Shown here: piece after piece, positions 14,201 through 27,628 of the stretch
Numbering within the stretch: the first letter of the stretch is position 1
Layout of the letters: every line of letters starts with the position of its first letter
Assembly: GCF_964213995.1 (NCBI RefSeq)
Contig: NW_027590159.1
Location: forward strand, 124,001 to 188,000
Length of the DNA: 64,000 nt
From: Mustelus asterias
Lineage: Eukaryota
Reading direction: 5' to 3'
Notes under the pieces: model-generated
What the model was told of the DNA's origin: nothing
The model's input: only the letters and a program-made list of their open reading frames with translations
The model's database searches: none
Translations under genes and position numbers: made by a program

Positions 14201-14987
14201 GTCATGGGTGTGTTTGATGGGGACAGTGTAGAGGGAGCTTTACTCTGTATCTAATCCCGTGCTGGACCTGTCCTGTGAGTGTTTGATGGAGACAGTGTCG
14301 AGGGAGCTTTGCTCTGTATCTTACCCTGTGCTGTCCCTGTCCTGCGAGTGTTTGTTGGGGACAGTGTAGAGGGAGCTTTACTCTGTATCGAACCCTGTGC
14401 TGTATCTGTCCTGCGAGTGTTTGATGGAGACAGTGTGGAGGGACCTTTACTCTGTATTGAACCCCGTGCTGTATTTGTCCTGCGAGTGTTTAATGGGGAC
14501 AGTGTCGAGGGAGCTTTACTCTGTACCTAACCCTGTGCTGTACCTGTCCTGGGAGTGTTTGATGGGGACAGGATTTGGGGGACATTGGATTTTAGACAAT
14601 GTTTAGGGTTTTAGACTTTTTGGAGTGAAATTCAGGAACACTTTGCCACACCAGGTGTGATATTAGTTTGGAACTACCTTCTATAATTCACAGTTGATGC
14701 TCAGTCGCTTATTAATGTTCAAACCTAAAGTTGATAGATGGTATTTTACATCAGGAGAAGCAATTTAATATCAATGGGTCCCTGTCCTGCGAGTGTTTGT
14801 TGGGGACAGTGTAGAGGGAGCTTTACTCTGTATCGAACCCTGTGCTGTATCTGTCCTGCGAGTGTTTGATGGAGACAGTGTGGAGGGACCTTTACTCTGT
14901 ATTGAACCCCGTGCTGTATTTGTCCTGCGAGTGTTTAATGGGGACAGTGTCGAGGGAGCTTTACTCTGTACCTAACCCTGTGCTGTA
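11300..14987. repeat. ~69-bp satellite blocks (11300-11915, 12790-14570, 14780-14987) with a TC/AC array between
   Basis: Same satellite unit, expanded relative to copy 1. Confidence 0.95.
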
Positions 14988-15664
14988 GTTAAAATGGATG
15001 CAGGAACAGAGAGACCTGGGCTTTCAGTTCATTTTTACATCTTAAAGATTCAACCTGGGGCTCAGAATCTATCAGTTGAATCTACTTTTCCTGTCCCGAA
15101 AACGTGTCAACAATTGTGTTGGGGAATGTGACAAAAGGTGACATTCCTGCATCCTGCACAGTGGGGTTGGGAGGTTGTTTGAAAGGAGATTCAGAAAGTG
15201 TCAATTAGATTGTGTCTCTTTGCAGAAGTTGAGTATTTCACAGGAGATGCCTTGAGATAAAGGAAAGTTTTACCAATGTCTGCGTAACTTTCAAAGTCTC
15301 CAGATGCATGAAGGGGGCAGAGATTTTGTAATATTCAGAGCAGGAGATGCCAGAACAATCACAGAATTGAAGATGTGAGGCCATCTCTTGTTTCTGAATG
15401 TCAATCTGTAGCTTTTAAACTTTAGTCCTGGGCTAATCATTCCAAGTTTGCAATCCCACACTTTGCTGTTGTGGATTTTGAATGGTAAATTTTCTGAAAT
15501 TGATTCTGTAATAAAAATCCCTGCAGGATGCAATGATTCCCATTCTGTCTGCTGCTGCCAAGCCCCAGTTTGTGTCTCAGTTTCACTATTTATCAACCAT
15601 TTAAGATCCAAGAGCCATAGAATTCCTACACTGCAGAATGAGGCCATTCAGCCCAACAAGTGCA

Positions 15665-17212
<1,548 letters not shown>

Positions 17213-18099
17213 TCAGTTCAAGCCTCATCCACACACACAACACACACGTAGTTTCACCCTGCTGTGAACTGTGATGTTTTTTCAGGCTGTGTAACTGGTT
17301 AAAGATCTTTCCACATGCAGTTCACTGGAACACTCTCACTCGGGTGTGTGTTTGTCTCGATGCTTTTCCAGTCACACTGATGTTTAATTTCTTTGCCCAC
17401 AGGCAGAACAGACAAATATTTCTCTTTCCAAATTCAAAGACCGATGATATTCAGCTCTGAAGGAACTGAATGACTTTGCCAGTTATGATGTTCGGTTTGA
17501 GTTTTCTGTCTGCCATTCTTTCACTTCCAATATCCTGTAAAAACAGTTCAGAAAAGTCATCACTGTCAGAACAGGATAGAAACTCTGAACAGACAATTCT
17601 AGTTTGTCAGGAACATTTTTTCCTCTCTTGTTCCCCCAAATCTGTAAATCCCCGTCCCACCCACTCTCTCTCCCTCCTCCCTGGGCTGAAATCCAAACCC
17701 ATCTCACCATCTCTTTCCTCCACTCCCAGTTTTCTCCCTCCCTCTCCTCTGTCTGGGTTCAGTTCTCCAGCTCCTGTCTGCAGACTGACAATAAAACCAA
17801 TGGGTCTTACTGGGGGTGTTGGGGCCTCCAGCGGGTGTTTGTGAATCCTCCCCGCCCACCTCCCAGGGTTTCCTTCCTTCCCAGAGATCAGAGTCCTCAT
17901 TGATTTGAGGCCAAAGTGTAACCTCTTATTTATTGTCCCCCTCCCCCATCCTCTGATGTGAACCATTCTCCAGTGGCTGAGCCAGGATGGGGCCGTTAAC
18001 CTGGGCCTGTTCCCGGGAGGGAGGGAGGGAGAAGCCCCGCAGCTGCAAACCAGGGAGCTGACAATGATTCTGAAGGGTTTGCGGATCCACAAAGTGTTT

Positions 18100-18400
18100 C
18101 CAAATCCTCCCAGCCACCGCCTAACGCTGACTCCGCTTCTCCGGGACAAACAAGCGCCAAGGACAGCAATGACCTGCGCATGCTCCACATCACAATGCCC
18201 GGGGACTGATTGACGGCAGCTCGGACCAATAGGAAGAGGGGGCGGGGCTGGAGGACCGAGCGGGAGCGGCTGGTCCTCCAACCAATCGGAGTGAATGGGG
18301 GGCGCGACCTGAAGCATGCGCAGTGCCGGTAATGGCGACGGATGGACGGTTTTGATTCGGAACCGAGATCAATACAAGGTAGAGGGCGGCGCGCGGGGAA
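18100..18400. promoter_or_regulatory. Bidirectional CpG-rich promoter between the two ZNF genes
   Basis: CCAAT boxes (~18226, ~18281), GC boxes ggggcgggg, NRF1-like tgcgcatgc/gcatgcgca on both flanks, YY1-like aatggcg; plus-strand donor caag|gtagag at ~18378. Confidence 0.7.
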
Positions 18401-18592
18401 TGATAAATGTGGCGGGTGGGTGGAGAGATTTTGTAAACATGTTGTTCAAACCCAAACCCCGGAAATGAACTTCCCGGTTCCCCCCCTTTGTACCAAATGG
18501 AGCGGCAGCTTGTAGTGTTAGACCCGGTCTGACTGCCGCCATTGAGGCTGCATGTGGGAGACCGCAGGGATTGTGACCGGAGAGTGAAGCCC

Positions 18593-18780
18593 TGATGTCA
18601 CAATGGAATGGGTGAGGGTGTGACATCACAATGGAATGGGTGAGAGTGTGACGTCACAATGGAATGGGTGAGAGTGTGACATCACAATGGAATGGGTGAG
18701 AGTGTGACGTCACAATGGAATGGGTGGGAGTGTGACGTCACAATGGAATGGGTCGGAGTGTGAGGTCACAATGGAATGGG
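18593..18780. repeat. 28-bp tandem repeat (~7 copies) carrying TGACGTCA/TGACATCA
   Basis: caatggaatggg recurs at 18601, 18629, 18657, 18685, 18713, 18741 and 18769. Confidence 0.9.
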
Positions 18781-20875
18781 AAAAGATATTGACTATCTCG
18801 CTGATCTATGCCCCTCATTATTTTATAGACCTCTATAAGGTCACTACAAAGCCTCCTACGCTCCAGAGAAAAAAGTCGCAGTCTATCCAGCCTTATAACT
18901 CAAACCATCAAGTCCCAGTAAATCTTTTCTGCACGTTTTCTTGTTTAATAATATTCTTTCTATAATAGGGTGACCAGAACTGGACACAGTATTCCAAGTG
19001 TGGCCTTACCAATGTCTTTTACAACTCCAACAAGACGTCCCAACTCCTGCATTCAATGTTCTGACCAATGAAACCAAGCATGCTGAATGCCTTCTTCACC
19101 ATTCTGTCCACCTGTGACTCCGTTTTCAAGGAGCTATGAACCTGTACTCCTGGATCTCTTTATTCTATAGCTCTCTTCAAGTCCCACCATTAACTGAGTA
19201 AGTCCTGCCCTGGTTCAATCCACCAAAATGCATCACCTTGCATTTATCTAAATTTAACTCCATCTACCATTCATCAGCCCACTGGCCCAATTGACCAGGA
19301 TCCTGTTGCAATACTAGATAACCTTCACTGTCCAATATGCCACCAATCTTGGTGTTATCTGCAAAATTAATAACAATGCCTCCTATATTCCCATCCAAAT
19401 CATGAATATAAATGGCAAATAACAGAGGACCCAGCACCGATCCGTGAGGCACACTGCTGGTCACAAGCCTCCAGTTTGAAAAACAACCCTCCACAATCAC
19501 CCTCTATCTTCTGTCATCAAGCCCATTTTGTATCCATTTGGCTACGGTACCCTGGCTTCTGTGAGATTTAACCTTATGCGACAACCTACCATGTGGTACC
19601 TTGTCAAAGGCCTTGCTAAAGTCCATGTAGACAACATCAACTGCACTGCCCTCATCTACCTTCTTGGTTACCCCTTCAAAAATATAATATCAAGGGTAAG
19701 ACTCTTAGCAATGTAGAGGATCAGAAGGACCTTGGGGTCCGGGTCCATAGGACTCTTAAATCGGCCTCGCAGGTAGAGGAGGTGGTTAAGAAGGCATATG
19801 GTGTGCTGGCCTTCATCAATCGAGGGATTGAGTTTAGGAGTTGGGAGATAATGATGCAGCTTCATAAGACCCTCGTCAGACCCCACTTGGAGGACTGTGC
19901 TCAGTTCTGGTCACCTCATTACAGGAGGGATGTGTAAATGATTGCAAGGGTGCAGAGAAGATTTACAAGGATGTTGCCTGGATTGGTTGGCATGCCTTAT
20001 GAGGATAGGTTGAGGGAGCTCGGTCTTTTCACCTTGGAGAGTCGAAGGATGAGAGGTGACCTGATCGAGGTGTACAAGATGTTGAGAGGTATAGATCGAG
20101 TGGATTCTCGGAGGCTTTTTCCCAGGGCTGAAATGGCTGCTATGAGAGGATACAGGTTTAAGGTCCTGGGGAGTAGCTACAGAGGAGATGTCAGGGGTAA
20201 GTTCTTCACTCAGAGGGTGTTGGGTAGTGGAATCGGCTGCCGTCAGGGTGGTGGAGGCAAACTCGATAGGGTCTTTTAAGAGACTTCTGGATGAGTACAT
20301 GGGACTTAATAGGATTGAGGGTTATAGGTAAGCCTATATATAAGCCTAGGTAGGTAGGGACATGACCGGCGCAACTTGTGGGCCGAAGGGCCTGTTTGTG
20401 CTGTATTTTTTTCCATGTTCTAAGTTCTAAAAAACTCAATCAAATTTGTGAGACATGATTTTCCACTCACAAAGCCATGCTGTCCCTAATCAGTCCTTGC
20501 GTCTCTAAATGCCTGTAGATCCTGTCTCTCAAAATACCTTCGAGCAACTCAGCCACTACAGATGTGAGGCTCACCCACCGGCCTGTAGTTCCCAGGCTTT
20601 TCCCTGCAGCCCTTCTCAAACAAAGGCACAACATTTGCCACCGTCCAATCTTCAGGCACCTCACCTGTGACTATCGATGATTCAAATATCTCTGCTAGGG
20701 GACCCACAATTTCCTCCCTAGCCTCCCACAATGTCCTGGGATCCACTTCATCAGGTCCCGGGGATTTATCTACCTTGATGCACTTTAAGACTTCCAGCAC
20801 CTCCTTCTCTGTTACATGTGCACTCCTGAAGACATCACTATTTATTTCCTCAAGTTCCCTAACATCCATGCTTTT
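18781..20875 (-). mobile_element. CR1-type LINE, interrupted by a plus-strand CR1 3' fragment at ~19685-20428
   Basis: RT motifs in ORFs 19264-19500 and 20549-20869 (DKSPGPD, PGNYRPV); plus ORF 19938-20279; host sequence resumes as aaaactcaatcaaatttgtg. Confidence 0.85.
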
Positions 20876-20889
20876 CTCAACAAAGGATT

Positions 20890-21292
20890 CCTCAAAGGAT
20901 TGTGAATGAAGCCCAGTCCATCACCCAAACCTGCCTCCCATCCATTGACTCTGTGTACACATCCGGGTGCCTCGGAAAAGCAGCCAGCATAATCAACCCT
21001 CGCACCCCGGACATTCACGCTTCCACCTATTTCCTTTGGGAAATGAAACAAAAGTCTGAGCTCACGTACCAACCAACTCAAGAACAGCTTCTTCCCTGTT
21101 GCCATCAGACTTTTGAATGGACCTACCCCGCACTAAGTTGATCTTTCTGTCCACCTTAGCTATGACTGTAACACTACATCCTGCACTCTCTCCTTTCCTT
21201 CTCTATGAACTGTATGCCTTGTCTTGATAGTGTGCAAGAAACAATTCTTTTCACTGTATACTAGTACATGTGACAGTAATAAATCTAATCAA
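20890..21292 (+). mobile_element. Rex/Babar-type LINE 3' end
   Basis: KAASII..P..P and QLKNSFFPVAIRLLN-type C-terminus, aataaatctaatc tail. Related ends at ~1700-1860, ~42148-42410 (-) and ~46650-46822 (+). Confidence 0.65.
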
Positions 21293-22147
21293 GTGCATCC
21301 TCTGATCTTGTGGGAGTTTGGGGAAGAAATTGCAGAGGCTCTTGCAGAAATATTTGCTTCATCCCTTTCCATTGGTGAAGTTCTGGAAGACTAGAGTGTG
21401 GCTAATGTTATTCCATTGTTGGAGAAGGGTTGCAAAGAGAAGCCTGGTAATTACAGGCCGGTGAACCTGACAACAGTGGCGGGTAAGTTACTGGAGAGGA
21501 TTTGGCCAACCTTTGGGTAATCAAGGTCTGATTAGGGAGAGTTGTCAGAGATCCTGGGTACCAGCAACTTTAAGCATTCTTAGTCAACTTGAGTACAAAC
21601 AGCACTGGACACCACGCACAATCCAATGTGGGGCCTTTAATAACTTGTGCACAAGGAGAAACCCTGTGCAGCTGTCCCGCAAGTGGTTCTGATGTTACAG
21701 AAAAATAACTTGGCAATAATAGTCAATTACAGCAAATCAGAAACCAGGAATGTTTCTAATCCTTCATTGACGGACATATTCGCCAATTAAATCCTAGCTT
21801 TTCGCCCTTTCGCGTTCAAAATTGACTTCTGCTAATCTTTTATTTGCATAGCATATCCCCATATCTCGCCTTTGGTATTTGTTATGGAGAAATCTGGTCT
21901 TGCTCACCCTCTGGTGAAGGCCGAAAAGCAGAATGTTCTGGGGCCTACGTCGGTGAAGATTAGCCTGTTCATGCTGAAATAGCAGACACTGACTCCTTTG
22001 AAGGTCTGCAAGCCGATAAACATTTTCACTCGCTGTTAAAGAGAAGGCAGGAAACTTTAATCTGAGCATTTCCACATAGTCAGCCCTGCTTCGTGCATGT
22101 GTTAGAGTGGGCCAAGGCTGAGGCAGCTGTCCTATATATATTTATAG

Positions 22148-22330
22148 AGTGAGAATAGACTAACATTTCGAGTCTGGATGACCCTTTGTCAGAACTCTGA
22201 TGAAGGGTCATCCAGACTTTAAACGTTGGCTCTATTCTCTCTCCACAGATGCTGTCAGACCTGCTGACATTTTCCAGCATTTTCTGTTTTTGTTTCAGAT
22301 TCCAGCATCCGCAATATTTTGCTTTTATAT
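22148..22330. mobile_element. Penelope-like terminal-repeat fragment with two inverted hammerhead-type motifs
   Basis: ctgatga-a-gggtc-atcca-gactt-taaa-cgtt on plus, mirrored by ctgacaa-a-gggtc..gactc-gaaa on minus. Confidence 0.65.
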
Positions 22331-23380
22331 GTATTTATATATCCAAATGTGCTATGTTAACAAAATGGGCAGTTACTAACCGAAACATAAAGCATCATGT
22401 GATTTAGCTGACTTGACCATATTCCTATAGTTATTCAGTCATTAAAGACACAACCATGGAGCATTAAACTTGCCGAGCAGGGCCCCTTGTATCAACACAC
22501 AGGCAGCTGCTTTGTGAGACTGCGAGCAGCACAGACAAGTCAGAGATAAGAATGTCCTGAGAAGAGAGATTCATTGTGAAGGCTCAGGGACGGTTGATAA
22601 GATGTAAGAATTCTATGATTCTCATGAACATTCTTTCCCCTCTCATTCCCAAAAGCTGTAAATCTCCATCCCACACACTCTCCCTCCATTCTCACTCTGC
22701 TGTATCTAATATTCACCCTCCCAATTCTCCTGAAGGTGCTGATTGAGGCTGATTGACAGATCCATGCTCACTGCTTCCTGTCCACGACTCAGAAATCATA
22801 ATAGGAGCTGCAGTTGGCCATTCAGCCCATTGAACTGCCTCAACCATTCATTGAGAATTGGCTGATCTACCGCAGCATCATTTCCCACGCTATCCACCAG
22901 ATAGAGAGAGAATAGAGCCAATGTTCCGAGTCTGGAGAGAGGAAAGAATGTTCCATAGAAACTAGAATTGTCTGTTCTGAATTTCTATCCTGTACTGACA
23001 CTGATGATTTTTATAAACTTGTTTTACAGGATATTGAAAGAGGAATCACAGGCTGAAATCTCAAACGTCACATCTAGATCTGACAGAGTCATATTCCTTG
23101 GGACCTGAATATCATCGGCCTTTGTATCTTGAAGGAGAAATTGTTGTCTGGTCTGTCAGTTTGAAAAGATTTCAAATGTCAGTGTGACTGGAAAAGCACC
23201 AACACACTGTCACACTCGAGTGAGAGTGTTCCAGTTCACAGACTCAAGAGCTTTAACCAGTTACACAGCCTGAATAAATATCACACCATTCACAGCGGGG
23301 AGAGACTGTACCCGTGTTCTGTGTGTGGACGAGGCTTCAACTGATTGTCCACCCAAGACAGAGGCAAGGACACCTGCACC

Positions 23381-23887
23381 ATGGAGAAACCATGGAAATG
23401 TGCGGACTGTGGGAAGGGATACGGAGCCCCTTCAGAGCTGGAAGTTCATCGGCGCAGCCACACTGGGGAGAAGCCATTCACCTGCTCTCAGTGTGAGAAG
23501 GGATTCAGTCAGTTATCCAACCTGCAGAGACACCAGCGAGTTCACACTGGGGAGAGACTGTTCACCTGCTCTCAGTGTGGGAAGGGATTCACTAATTTAT
23601 CCACCCTGCGTAGACACCAGCGAGTTCACACTGGGGAGAGGCCGTTCACCTGCTCTCAGTGTGGGAAGGGGTTCAGTCAATTATCTGACCTGCAGATACA
23701 CCAGCGAGTTCACACTGGGGAGAGGCCGTTCACCTGCTCTCAGTGTGGGAAGGGATTCAAAGTTTCATCCCGGCTGCTGAGACACCAGCGAGTTCACACT
23801 GGGGAGAGACCGTTCAGCTGCTCTGTGTGTGAGAAGATATTCAGTCTTTCATCCCATCTGTTGAGACACCAAAAAGTTCACGAGTGA
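23381..23887 (+). CDS. C2H2 (Kruppel-type) zinc-finger protein, 6 fingers, 168 aa, no KRAB/SCAN domain seen
   Basis: Intact [16 protein letters not shown]...HQKVHE with HTGE(K/R)PF linkers; exon acceptor ttttacag|g at 23030. Confidence 0.9.
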   Translation: MEKPWKCADCGKGYGAPSELEVHRRSHTGEKPFTCSQCEKGFSQLSNLQRHQRVHTGERLFTCSQCGKGFTNLSTLRRHQRVHTGERPFTCSQCGKGFSQLSDLQIHQRVHTGERPFTCSQCGKGFKVSSRLLRHQRVHTGERPFSCSVCEKIFSLSSHLLRHQKVHE

Positions 23888-24139
23888 TTCCAGGGGTTGG
23901 ATTCTGCTGTTATTGTTTCTGCTCTCAATTACATCCAGGACTGCATTTTGTTCATTCTCACAGTTGGTCAATGGGGAGGGTCAGAGGGTTTCTTTCTGCT
24001 GGACTGGCCGGTCTCATGACTTTGTCTCCAGTGGGCTGATGCTCTTTGAGTCTTTGTTGCGAATACCTGGTTTCAGATTTCACACGGATCACAGAGTGAC
24101 AGGGTGTTAGGAAGTTCAGAGTCACTATTTCTGTTTGAA

Positions 24140-24430
24140 ACCTCCCAATGCCCATCCAATTTCCTTTGTAATTGTTTATTGTCTCCACTTCCTCCACCCT
24201 CGTAGGCAGCGAGTTCCAGGTCATTACCATTCGCTGCATCAAAATATTCTTCCTCACATCCCTCCTGCATCTCTGACCCAAAACCATAAATCTGTGTCCC
24301 CCTCGTCCTTGTCCGTCAGCTAATGGGAACAGCTTTTCTTTGTCCACCTTATCTAAACCTGTCAGAATCTTGTCCACCTCTATCAAATCTCCCCTCAGCC
24401 TCCTTTTCTCCAAGAGGAACAACCCCCAGC
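24140..24430 (-). mobile_element. CR1-type LINE 3' fragment
   Basis: LEKRRLRGDLIEVDKIL..WNSLP motifs. Confidence 0.8.
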
Positions 24431-25199
24431 CTGACATTGACAATAAAGAACAAACTAACAGAATATGTTAATACCTGAAATCAAATGGGAATGTTTAATT
24501 TCTGTTTTAAAGAAATCATGAATATATTGTCCCGTACAATAAAGGGATTTGAATAACTCAGCTTGGGTGCAGTTGAATGAAATGTATCAATCTCGTATCC
24601 ACCCACAGTCTAGAGGAAGTGTGGAATGTGTAGCTGGAAATCCCTCCCTAACAGCACTGTGGGTGTACGTACACCTCAGGCATTGTAGCAGTTCAGGAAG
24701 GCAGTGTTGGGGTTGACCATGGCCGAGGCAGCTACATACAGCCACATATTCTGTTATAATTGAAGGACTGTAGATTGAATGTGAGGCATTATGGGACTGG
24801 ACTATCTTGACCACATTCCTGTGACTGCTCAGTTTCTGCAATCACGGACCATTAAAGCTGCTAAGCAGGGCTCCGAAAGAGGACCTGGTGAGAATATTTA
24901 CTCAGAATGAGTTAGAATTAAACTTATTCCAGGACCGGCTGGTGTTCAGTGGCTGAGATTCCCGAATCTGTTAAAAAGGGGGTCTGATCAATCAACAAAC
25001 AGTGGTCGGTAGTTAGTTAAGAAGCGTTCTCATGCATTATTTAAATTATTTTATCATAAATTTGAGATCAGAACTGTGAGGGACTTGTAACCCAATAGTT
25101 GTTGAATTGACGGTAAACTCCAAGTAGCACTGGACTGAAAAGGGGGTCTGACCAAGAAGTGAAGTGATCTCAGGCACTGTTTAAATTACATCATCATTG

Positions 25200-25647
25200 G
25201 CCAACTTCCCCTTTGTGACGTCACAGTGGAGCCATCCTTGAATCAGCCAATAGGAATCACTCTGCTCCGCGGTGACGTCTCCGGGTTCCAGTGCGCAGGC
25301 CCGGGCGCGCGGACCCGGGAGCCCCGCCCCCACCCATTGTTCCCCTCCCCCTACACCACATCGAGCCAAGGTTTCCAGGCAACCAGCTGGCGGCTCCGGC
25401 CAGAGCGAGAAGCTGCTCGGTGATCTCCCCCTCCCCTCGGCCCAGGACTGCGCATGTCCAAGGGAGGGGGAAGCTGAGAATTGCAGGGCAGATCCCACCC
25501 CCTGACCTTCTGAGGTGTTGGTTAATAGGAAGAGTTGGAGGACCGGAAGGACTCTGGTCCTCCAGCTGATCAGAGCGCGGGCTTGTGACAATGCAGATTG
25601 GGCTTCAGACAGACTGAAACCTCCTCCTGTCTCCAACCTCTGTGAGT
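25200..25647 (+). promoter_or_regulatory. CpG-rich promoter and probable non-coding first exon of ZNF-gene type
   Basis: TGACGTCA at ~25216, CCAAT at ~25247, GC box, tgcgcatg at ~25449; ends in a tct|gtgagt donor that is repeated at 29533. No downstream ZNF coding exon in the window. Confidence 0.5.
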
Positions 25648-27514
25648 GGGAAAGATTGGATTGTCCAGCCAGTCCACCATATTGGCCGTTCGCTTTGCGT
25701 GTTGGCCAGTATAGTGTGCTCCAGGCAGGGGGCGGGCAGAGGATAAGGAGTTCAAGGCGGGCTTAATGCGCGCCTTGCGGTGAGCTTTTGGAAATGTGGC
25801 CGCTGGGAGGAACGCCTTGGTCGGCGTGAAGTTTCTGTTTCAAGTGCTTGGGTTCGTGACTTGTGCAAGAACTTTTTGTTTCGGCTGGGGCTTGTTGAAT
25901 GCTGCTCTCGCTGGGATTCCTGTGCCTTGAAAGGCGTGGCCCGGGTGGATGCAGTCTCGGAAGACCCAAGCCAGGGAGGAGCCATTTGGGAACAATGGTT
26001 TCGGAAGGTTCAGCCGCGGAAGGTGTGACCCCAGACGGTGCAGCCCCAGTGGGTGTGATTTTGGAAGTTCTGGCCCGGAGTGGTGGACTTTGGAGGACTG
26101 TAGTTGAGCGTTGTCGACTTCGGACGGTGGAATGTTGATGGGCGAAGCTCTGGAAGGCGATGCCTCCGAAATGTTTCACAATTGTATGGTTGTTCGTGGA
26201 TTGTTTGTTATTGTAATATGTGGTTTTCATGTTATGATAGTTGGTGGTTTGTTCCGGCCCCCGTCTATTTTCTTGCGTTATTTGTGGCCTGGGGGGCATC
26301 CCCCCCTTGACAACGTCACCCCCGGGGGGTGTGACATCCACTTGGGGAAAGTTCTGGGTGGTGAAGCCCCGGACATAGTAACACCAGAGGGATTTTTATT
26401 CTCCGGGAGAAAAATTGGGAAGGCAGGCCCGAACTGAGTACCCTGGAGAGACTCTCCCACCGCCCCGGCTGAAATTCCGGAAGGCAGTCCGGATTGAGTA
26501 GGCGGGGTGGTTTCCCCATTTCCCCCCTCCGGCTGAACATCCGTAAGGTGTAACCCCCGGATATGAGTACCACTGGAGGGTTGCATCCCCCGGCAGGTGG
26601 ACAAATCCAGGGGATGGTGCCCTTCTGCTTCAGTGTTTATTTTTTTTTGTTGTGTACAGTTGTAGTGTTGTTAATGTTTGTAGATTTGTAGATTATGATT
26701 TGTAAATGGAGGTGTATTTTGAGGGCAATGCCCTGGAAAACTGTAATTGACGATGAACCCTTCCGAAATGGAAGGTAGTAATTGATAAATGGATGGTGTT
26801 AGCCATCGGTAATGTATTTTTCATGGATTGTTTGTTATTGTAATATGTGGTTATCATGTTATGGTAGTTGGTGGTTTGTTCTGGCCCCCGTCTATTTTCT
26901 TGCGTTATTTGTGGCCTGGGGGGCATCCCCCCCTGGATAAAGTCACCCCCGGGGGGTGTGACATCCACTTGGGGAAAGTTCTGGGTGGTGAAGCCCCGGA
27001 CATAGTAACACCAGAGGGATTTTTATTCTCCGGGAGAAAAATTGGGAAGGCAGGCCCGAACTGAGTACCCTGGAGAGACTCTCCCACCGCCCCGGCTGAA
27101 ATTCCGGAAGGGATTCCGGATTGAGTAGGCGGGGTGGTTTCCCCCATTTCCCCCCTCCGGCTGAACATCCGTAAGGTGTAACCCCCGGATATGAGTACCA
27201 CTGGAGGGTTGCATCCCCCGGCAGGTGGACAAACCCAGGGGACGGTGCCCTTATGCTTCAGTGTTTATTTTTTGTTGTGTACAGTTGTAGTGTTGTGTTA
27301 ATGTTTGTAGATTTGTAGATTATGATTTGTAAATGGAGGTGTATTTTGAGGGCAATGCCCTGGAAAACTGTAATTGATGATGAACCCTTCCGAAATGGAA
27401 GGTAGTAATTGATAAATGGATGGCGTTAGCCATTGGTAATGTATTTTTTCACATTTGTTCTTTGTGTATTTGTAATTGTTTTGTATTAACGTATTTGTAA
27501 TAAACAAAAAGAAA
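25648..27514 (+). mobile_element. 5'-truncated polyA-ended element (possibly L1/Tx1 clade) with a tandemly duplicated ~627-bp structured 3' region
   Basis: AATAAA at 27499 followed by caaaaagaaa; repeats at ~26197-26824 and ~26824-27453; degraded upstream frame only weakly like a Tx1 ORF2 C-terminus. Confidence 0.5.
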
Positions 27515-27531
27515 CCAACATCAGAGAGGTT

Positions 27532-27604
27532 GTTTCTGTAGTGAAGTGGTTGTCACATTTGCCAGACACGCGAAAGGTCCCCGGGTCAGAACCGGGCAGG
27601 AATG
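27532..27604 (+). pseudogene. tRNA-Val pseudogene (anticodon reads GAC)
   Basis: Aligns to vertebrate tRNA-Val (GTTTCCGTAGTGTAGTGG..GCGAAAGGTCCCCGG) with B-box and acceptor-stem mutations. Confidence 0.85.
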
Positions 27605-27628
27605 TTAATTTGGTCATTCCAGCATCTG

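Larger units (their letters stand above)
1..15660. repeat. Tandem segmental duplication: copy 1 = 1-~7712, copy 2 = ~9320-15660
   Basis: Position 1 cactctgtccatgcccctcataatc recurs at 9320. Colinear blocks (LINE, exon-like piece, satellites, unique 6830-7712 = 14570-15660) both end at cagcccaacaag. Confidence 0.9.

Noticed and set aside
12790-14570. Regular repeats as a CRISPR array
   Set aside because: Head-to-tail units with no unique spacers, vertebrate context, no cas genes.
21543-22537. Possible solo LTR (TG..CA, minus-strand ATTAAA)
   Set aside because: No convincing TSD or second copy; left uncalled.
25763-27232. Overlapping ORFs across the duplicated structured region
   Set aside because: No recognisable domain, and frames differ between the two copies; the signal looks structural rather than coding.
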